From Candidatus Multivoradales bacterium (lineage in GTDB: Bacteria > Acidobacteriota > Thermoanaerobaculia > Multivoradales > JAHEKO01), in assembly GCA_965223855.1 (NCBI GenBank), contig CBDCXM010000008.1:256001-320000 (forward strand): a stretch of DNA of 64,000 nucleotides. Direction: 5' to 3'. Every line of letters starts with the position of its first letter. The first letter of the stretch is position 1. Shown one piece after another: positions 58,769 to 64,000 of the stretch. A program made the position numbers and the translations under genes. The notes under the pieces are model-generated. The model was not told the DNA's origin. It did no database searches and saw only the letters and a list, made by a program, of their open reading frames with translations.

Positions 58769-59569
58769 GTGTCTCGCGCACCCTGCGAGGTCCCTTCTGC
58801 ACTGGTCCCCCAGGAACGGACTCCTCTCCTGACTACCGAAGCCCACTCCACCGAGCGTCCGTCGAGCCGCCGCCTCAGTATCGTCGTGCCGACGCTCGAC
58901 GAGGCCGAAGCGCTACGACCATGCCTGGAGAGCGCAATGCGCCTCGCCGACCAGGTGGTCGTTTCGGACGGTGGTTCGAAAGACGGCACGCCCGAGCTCG
59001 CCCGCAGTCTCGGTGCCGAGGTCGTCAACGGGGCTTCCGGTCGCGGCGCCCAGCTCAACCGGGGCGCCCGAGCCACAGATGGCGACGTGATCCTGTTCCT
59101 TCACGGCGACACGATCCTTCCGACGGACCTCCGCGGGCAGATCGAAGCGGCGCTCGACCGCGGCTGTATCGGCGGAGGAAGCCTCATCCGGTTCGACGTC
59201 GCAGGGCCTCTGCTGCGCTTCGGTGAGCGCTGGATCAACGGCCGGACCCGGCTGTTTCGCGTGCCGCTCGGCGACCAGGCGCAGTTCGTCACCCGCGAGG
59301 GCTTCGAGGCGGTCGGCGGCTTCCAGGAGTGGCCGATCCTCGAGGATCTCGATCTGATCCGCCGGCTGGGGCGCCACGGCAGGGTGGTCGTCCTGCCGGG
59401 GCCGGTCGTCACGTCGTCGCGCCGCTTCCGCAGCGGCGGGGTCCTCGCGACCCTGGCGAGAAACTGGACAATCTGGACACTCTTCCTGTTCGGCGTCTCT
59501 CCGCAGCGACTCGTCCGCCTCTATGCACCCCGCACACACCGACCCGACCTGCCCGAGCGAGAGCGATGA
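58769..59569 (+). CDS. Family 2 glycosyltransferase (TIGR04283-like)
   Basis: SIVVPTLDE, DGGS.D.T, GRGAQLN.GA, FLHGD, GDQAQF, LEDLDL, TSSRRF; start uncertain. Confidence 0.85.
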   Translation: MSRAPCEVPSALVPQERTPLLTTEAHSTERPSSRRLSIVVPTLDEAEALRPCLESAMRLADQVVVSDGGSKDGTPELARSLGAEVVNGASGRGAQLNRGARATDGDVILFLHGDTILPTDLRGQIEAALDRGCIGGGSLIRFDVAGPLLRFGERWINGRTRLFRVPLGDQAQFVTREGFEAVGGFQEWPILEDLDLIRRLGRHGRVVVLPGPVVTSSRRFRSGGVLATLARNWTIWTLFLFGVSPQRLVRLYAPRTHRPDLPERER

Positions 59570-60756
59570 AACTGATCTCCGACACCGATACCCTCCAGCG
59601 CCTCACCGGGAGGCTCGCCGCGGCACCCTACGTGGCGGTCGACACCGAGTTCCTGCGGGAACGCACCTACTGGGCTCAACTGTGCCTGGTGCAGGTCGCA
59701 CACGGTGACGAGGCCGCCGCAATCGATCCGCTCGCCCGCGGCATCGACCTGTCTCCGCTGTGGGAGCTCCTCGCCGACCCGAGGGTGGTGAAGGTGTTCC
59801 ACTCAGCCTCTCAGGACATGGAAGTTCTGCTGCGAGAGACGGGAGCTGTGCCGACGCCGGTCTTCGACACCCAGATCGCCGCCATGGTCGCCGGCTACGG
59901 CGACCAGGTCGGCTACGCGGCGCTCGCTTCCGAGATCGCCGGAGCGACCCTCGACAAGGCCTCGCAGCGCACCGACTGGTCGCGCCGGCCGCTGACCGAC
60001 CGCCAGATCGCCTATGCGATTTCCGACGTCACCCACCTGTGCACGATCTACGAGACCCTCGAGCGTCAATTGACGACCAGCGGCCGCTCCGAGTGGGTGA
60101 GAACGGAGATGGACCGACTCGCGGAGCCGTCGCTCTATCGGACCGAACCGGATGAGGCCTACCGCCGGCTCAAGGTCCGCCGTCCCAGCCGGCGCACGCT
60201 GCAGGTGCTGCGTGCGGTCGCCGCGTGGCGGGAGCGAACGGCGCAGCAGCGCGACAAACCGCGACCCTGGATCCTCAAGGACGACGCGGTGATCGAGATC
60301 GCTACGCACGCTCCCGGTTCGGCCGGTGAGCTCGAGAGGGTTCGCGGCCTGCGACGTGAGACGGCCCACGGTCGCGACGGCCGCGCCCTGCTGGAGGCGG
60401 TCAGGGAGGCGCTGGCGGTGCCGGAGAGCGAGTGGCCCGAGGTGCCGCCTCGCAAGCGGCCTTTGCGAGCCAACGACGACCTCGTCGCCCTCCTTCAGGC
60501 GCTCCTCAAGCTGCGATGCAAGGAACACGACGTCGCCCCGAAGCTCGTGGCCACTCGCGCCGAGCTCGATCGGATCTCCGCGACCGACGAGCCCGATCTG
60601 CGCCCGCTGACCGGCTGGCGCCGGGAGATCTTCGGCGCCGACGCTCTCGCTCTGAAAGCGGGCAGGCTGGCACTCACGGTCGATGGCGACCAGGTGCGCG
60701 TCGTGCGACTCGAGGACTCGGCGCCCCCCGCCGCCCCTCGAGAAGCCGGCCTGTGA
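59566..60756 (+). CDS. rnd: Ribonuclease D
   Basis: VDTEF.RERTY, FHSASQD, FDTQIAA, TDWS.RPL, HRDC-like region, GWRRE.FG. Confidence 0.93.
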   Translation: MKLISDTDTLQRLTGRLAAAPYVAVDTEFLRERTYWAQLCLVQVAHGDEAAAIDPLARGIDLSPLWELLADPRVVKVFHSASQDMEVLLRETGAVPTPVFDTQIAAMVAGYGDQVGYAALASEIAGATLDKASQRTDWSRRPLTDRQIAYAISDVTHLCTIYETLERQLTTSGRSEWVRTEMDRLAEPSLYRTEPDEAYRRLKVRRPSRRTLQVLRAVAAWRERTAQQRDKPRPWILKDDAVIEIATHAPGSAGELERVRGLRRETAHGRDGRALLEAVREALAVPESEWPEVPPRKRPLRANDDLVALLQALLKLRCKEHDVAPKLVATRAELDRISATDEPDLRPLTGWRREIFGADALALKAGRLALTVDGDQVRVVRLEDSAPPAAPREAGL

Positions 60757-63467
60757 GGGCCAGCGTACTCGGATTGCAGGCGTGGAGCGCCCTCGGGGCT
60801 CTGCTTCCGACGCTCCTCGGTTGCTCTTCGGACCAAGGCGAGCGGCGGACCCGATGGCGGCTGATCGACGCCGCCCGGACGCAGACGGTCGAGTCGCCCC
60901 TGCTCGCGCGAGAGCCGGTCTCCGAGCCTCGAGTGGTCGATCATCTGGTCCTCGACCGTGCGGCACTGGGCTCGATCCTCGACCGCAGCTCGAGCCAACC
61001 GAGGGGCTGCGAGGTTCCGCCCACAGGCGACAGTCTCCTGTCCTGTCGAGGCTCCTTCCTCGCTCAGCTCGATTTCCCCGTCGAACCGAGTTCCCGCTAC
61101 CGCTTCGCCGCGCTGGTCGCTCCGGAAGGCGGCGGTGGGAGCGGCTGCGCCGACTTCGTCCTGCAGGAGTTTCGGCAGGCGGGAGTGCCTCTCGCCCGAG
61201 GAAGCACCGACGGCGGCGTCGCCCTCGCCGCCGACTTCCTGACCGGATACTCCAGCCGCACCCTGCGCTTCGTCACCCGCTCCTCGAGAAGCGACTGCCA
61301 GATCCGCCTCGACCGTCTGGCGCTCGAACGGCTCGAAGTAGAGCGCTCCGACCTCGTGGCGCGGCTCCTCGCCGAGCCCGTAGAGCTCGACCCGGCGATG
61401 CCGGCGGCCAGGCGGGGTTTCTTCCTTCCGGTGGGCGAGGTGACGAAGGCGCGTCCTCCCTTCGAGGACAACTTCTCCGCGCGCGAGGTGCTCGTCGCGA
61501 TGCCGCCGACGAGATTCTCGGCCCGGCTGGTCGTCCCCGACGCAGGGAGGTTCGAGACGGCCTGGGGCTTCCACCGCTTCTCCACCCCCGGTGCGGCGGC
61601 CGACGTGCGCGTCGAGATCGCCGATTCGGAAGAGCGGATCACGCTCTTCGAGCGCACGCTCGAGGTGGCGCCGGCGACCTGGCACTGGCACGAGCTCACC
61701 CTCGACCTCACGCCATGGGCGGGACGATCGGTCACGCTCGATCTCGTGACCGAGGCGAGCGATCGCGGCGGCGCCGGTGAAGCGATCGTGCTCTGGTCCC
61801 AGCCAGCCGTGTCGGGCGCGGCCGAGGGTGACCGGCGACCCAACGTGGTGCTGGTCGCGATCGACACGCTGCGCGCCGACCGCCTCTCCCACACAGGGAC
61901 CGACCACGCGAAGACCGTCGCGATCGACGACCTCGCCGAACGGGCGATGACTTTCCGGCGCGCCTATTCGACGAGCAACTGGACGCTGCCGGCGTTCGCC
62001 TCGATCTTCACCGGCACCGTCGTCCAGAACCACGGAGTGCTCGAGTTCGGCGACCGTATCCCGCCGCGGCTGCCGACCCTCGCCGAGCGCTTCCGTGACG
62101 CCGGCTGGCGCACGGCCGCCGTGGTCATCAAGCCGACTCTCTACATGGGCAGCGGTATGGAGCGTGGCTTCGAGGACTACTTCAACCTGCCGCTCGGCTC
62201 GGTGGTCGGGACTCGCAACCTCTCGAAGGCGTCCGGATGGCTCGAGCGCCACCACGACGAGCGCTTCTTCCTGTTCGTGCACTTCAACGATCCGCACCAG
62301 CCGTTCACCCATCCGGACGACGCGGTCTCGGCCGACAGCCGCCGGCAGCTCGAGCACCTGGGGATCGAGCTGCCCGTCAACTTCGAACGCGCCTGGGAGG
62401 CCTGCCGCGAGTGCCGGGAGGACCCCGAGCTCGACCGGGCGTGGAAGCGACTCGGGCGCCAGCTCTACGACGAGGAGGTGGAGTTCGTCGACCGGCAGAT
62501 CGGGCGCTTGCTGGCGGAGATCGAGGCGCTCGGACTGGCGGACGACACCGTGATCGCGCTGGTGTCCGACCATGGGGAGACGCTGTGGGAGAACTACGAC
62601 ACCTACGGGCACGGCGGCCGGGGGCACCACGACAATCTCGTGAAGGTGCCGATGATGGTCTATCGACCCGGGGCCACCCCGCTGGCGGTCGAGCAGCCGG
62701 TGTCGGTGCTCGAACTCGCACCCACCCTGCTCGAGCTGGCGGGAATCGAGGGCGACCGCGATCGGTTCGACGGCACCTCCCTCACCCGCTTCGCGCGGGG
62801 CTCGACCGACGAAGAGACGACCGTCTTCACCTACGGCAGTGAGGGCGAATCGGCGCGCCGGGGCGAGTGGGTCTATCGGCGAGAGATCGTGCCGGGGCGC
62901 GACGCGCCGGAGGGGCTCTTCGCACTCGACGCCGCCGAGCCCGACCCCGAGGACAGACGAGCCGAACACCCGGAGATCTTCGAGTCTCTGCGCGCCGAGG
63001 CGGTCACGCGCAGCCTGACTTCCGGCGACTCCGGGATCGTCGTGCTGGCGACCACCGAGAAGGACTCAGACTGCGCCATCTCGCTCACGAGCGCGGGAGA
63101 GACCCGGTGGAACCTCATCGCGCCGTATGGGGTCCCTCTCCGGAGGGGTGACTCAGGAGCCCCTTCGACCTGGGAGTTCGCAGGTCGCACCGCGGGGCGG
63201 CTCGCGCTGGCGGTCAAGGGACGGATCGAAGGGGGGACCGTGCTCGACGTGGACGCCACCGGGTGTGGTCTCGGCGCCGAGAGCCTGGCCGTGAAACAGA
63301 TCGAGCGCGCGGATCCTCGCGCCGTGGTGGCGCGGCTTCTCGGAGACTCCAGAAACAGGCTGGCGGTGTTCCGGCACGAGACCGCCAGGGGCGACGACGC
63401 AGGCCTCAGGGGCGAACTCGACCCTCAGCAACTCGAAGCGCTGCGCGCCCTCGGCTATCTCGACTGA
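60753..63467 (+). CDS. Large sulfatase-like lipoprotein with N-terminal beta-sandwich domains
   Basis: LLGC lipobox, PNVVLVAIDTLRAD, WTLPAF, FNDPH, SDHGE, LRALGYLD. Confidence 0.85.
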   Translation: MRASVLGLQAWSALGALLPTLLGCSSDQGERRTRWRLIDAARTQTVESPLLAREPVSEPRVVDHLVLDRAALGSILDRSSSQPRGCEVPPTGDSLLSCRGSFLAQLDFPVEPSSRYRFAALVAPEGGGGSGCADFVLQEFRQAGVPLARGSTDGGVALAADFLTGYSSRTLRFVTRSSRSDCQIRLDRLALERLEVERSDLVARLLAEPVELDPAMPAARRGFFLPVGEVTKARPPFEDNFSAREVLVAMPPTRFSARLVVPDAGRFETAWGFHRFSTPGAAADVRVEIADSEERITLFERTLEVAPATWHWHELTLDLTPWAGRSVTLDLVTEASDRGGAGEAIVLWSQPAVSGAAEGDRRPNVVLVAIDTLRADRLSHTGTDHAKTVAIDDLAERAMTFRRAYSTSNWTLPAFASIFTGTVVQNHGVLEFGDRIPPRLPTLAERFRDAGWRTAAVVIKPTLYMGSGMERGFEDYFNLPLGSVVGTRNLSKASGWLERHHDERFFLFVHFNDPHQPFTHPDDAVSADSRRQLEHLGIELPVNFERAWEACRECREDPELDRAWKRLGRQLYDEEVEFVDRQIGRLLAEIEALGLADDTVIALVSDHGETLWENYDTYGHGGRGHHDNLVKVPMMVYRPGATPLAVEQPVSVLELAPTLLELAGIEGDRDRFDGTSLTRFARGSTDEETTVFTYGSEGESARRGEWVYRREIVPGRDAPEGLFALDAAEPDPEDRRAEHPEIFESLRAEAVTRSLTSGDSGIVVLATTEKDSDCAISLTSAGETRWNLIAPYGVPLRRGDSGAPSTWEFAGRTAGRLALAVKGRIEGGTVLDVDATGCGLGAESLAVKQIERADPRAVVARLLGDSRNRLAVFRHETARGDDAGLRGELDPQQLEALRALGYLD

Positions 63468-63494
63468 CGAGCGGGGGGACGGGAGAGATTCGCG

Positions 63495-64000
63495 TCACTC
63501 CTCGGAGTCGTCCGTCGACTCCGAGGGCCTGGCGGCCTCCACGGAGCGAGCGAACTCGGCGCCGGAGACCGGGCGACGGCCCGGCCGCTGCACCGTGCGG
63601 ACGGCGAGGACGGTCCCCCCACCGCAGGCCATCAGCAGCGACTTGCCCTCGATTCCGAGGACCGAGCCGGCCTCGCTGCTGCGCCCGCCCGACCCGGCCG
63701 GCGCCGGCACGACCTCGATCAGCTTCAACCTCTCCCCCTCCCACTCGACCGTCACACCGGGCCAAGGGGTATAGGCGCGCCAGCGGTCGTACAGCTCGTC
63801 GGCGGTGAGGGACCAGGCGACGACGCCGTCTTCACGACTCAGCCGGGGTGCGTAGCTCGCCGCCTCGTGGTCCTGTGGCTCCGGCGTGATGAGGTCGAAC
63901 TCGAGACGATCGACGGTCTCGACGAGAAGGTCCGCCCCGAGCTCGGCGAGGCGGAAGGACAGCTCCTCCGCCGTCTCCCTGCGACCGATCCTCGTCTCCT
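63495..64000 (-). CDS. fmt: Methionyl-tRNA formyltransferase, 3' part only
   Basis: LAELGADLL, QDHEAASYAPRL, RAYTPWPG, ACGGG, VQRPGRR. Confidence 0.9.
   Translation of the reverse strand, partial: ETRIGRRETAEELSFRLAELGADLLVETVDRLEFDLITPEPQDHEAASYAPRLSREDGVVAWSLTADELYDRWRAYTPWPGVTVEWEGERLKLIEVVPAPAGSGGRSSEAGSVLGIEGKSLLMACGGGTVLAVRTVQRPGRRPVSGAEFARSVEAARPSESTDDSEE

Noticed and set aside
58769-59569. Arsenosugar biosynthesis locus
   Set aside because: Only the TIGR04283-like glycosyltransferase is present; no partner glycosyltransferase, radical SAM or arsenic genes nearby

Overview
High-GC bacterial chromosome segment, most consistent with Acidobacteriota (Thermoanaerobaculia-like). The evidence is the Cys-rich insert near the RpoB N-terminus, the short EF-Ts and the many sulfatase-like/TPR genes. 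The minus-strand backbone is rplM-rpsI-rpsB-tsf-pyrH-frr-ispD-ispF-rlmB, then tRNA-Thr(TGT), tRNA-Tyr, tRNA-Gly and tRNA-Thr(GGT), then tuf-tRNA-Trp-secE-nusG-rplKAJL-rpoBC. The normally contiguous Thr-Tyr-Gly-Thr tRNA cluster is split by two 11-12 kb accessory blocks. Block A holds a Ser/Thr kinase, three glycosyltransferase-type genes, a poly-Thr heme-c lipoprotein and an outer-membrane barrel. Block B holds two parvulin-type PPIases, a sulfatase-like TPR protein, a secreted protein ending VPVEL..., a B12-binding protein and a type IIG/ISP-like restriction-modification enzyme. From 44.8 kb on the genes are mostly housekeeping (menG, folD, coaE, ITPase, LOG, argF, arcA, purB, rlpA, ddl, serA, namZ, moaC, rnd, fmt). 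The three most striking non-coding signals are: (1) tandem units downstream of both tRNA-Gly and tRNA-Tyr, each carrying an inverted copy of positions 56-76 of its own tRNA beside a GCGAAGC-like motif; (2) a 185-bp CTAG-bounded MITE in two copies that rewrites the C-termini of two genes; (3) an in-frame 90-bp insert of IS481-like DNA in the RM specificity domain. Indels in rplA, tsf, pyrH and the DUF2079 gene are probably assembly errors. All family assignments come from motif recognition by eye, not database searches.
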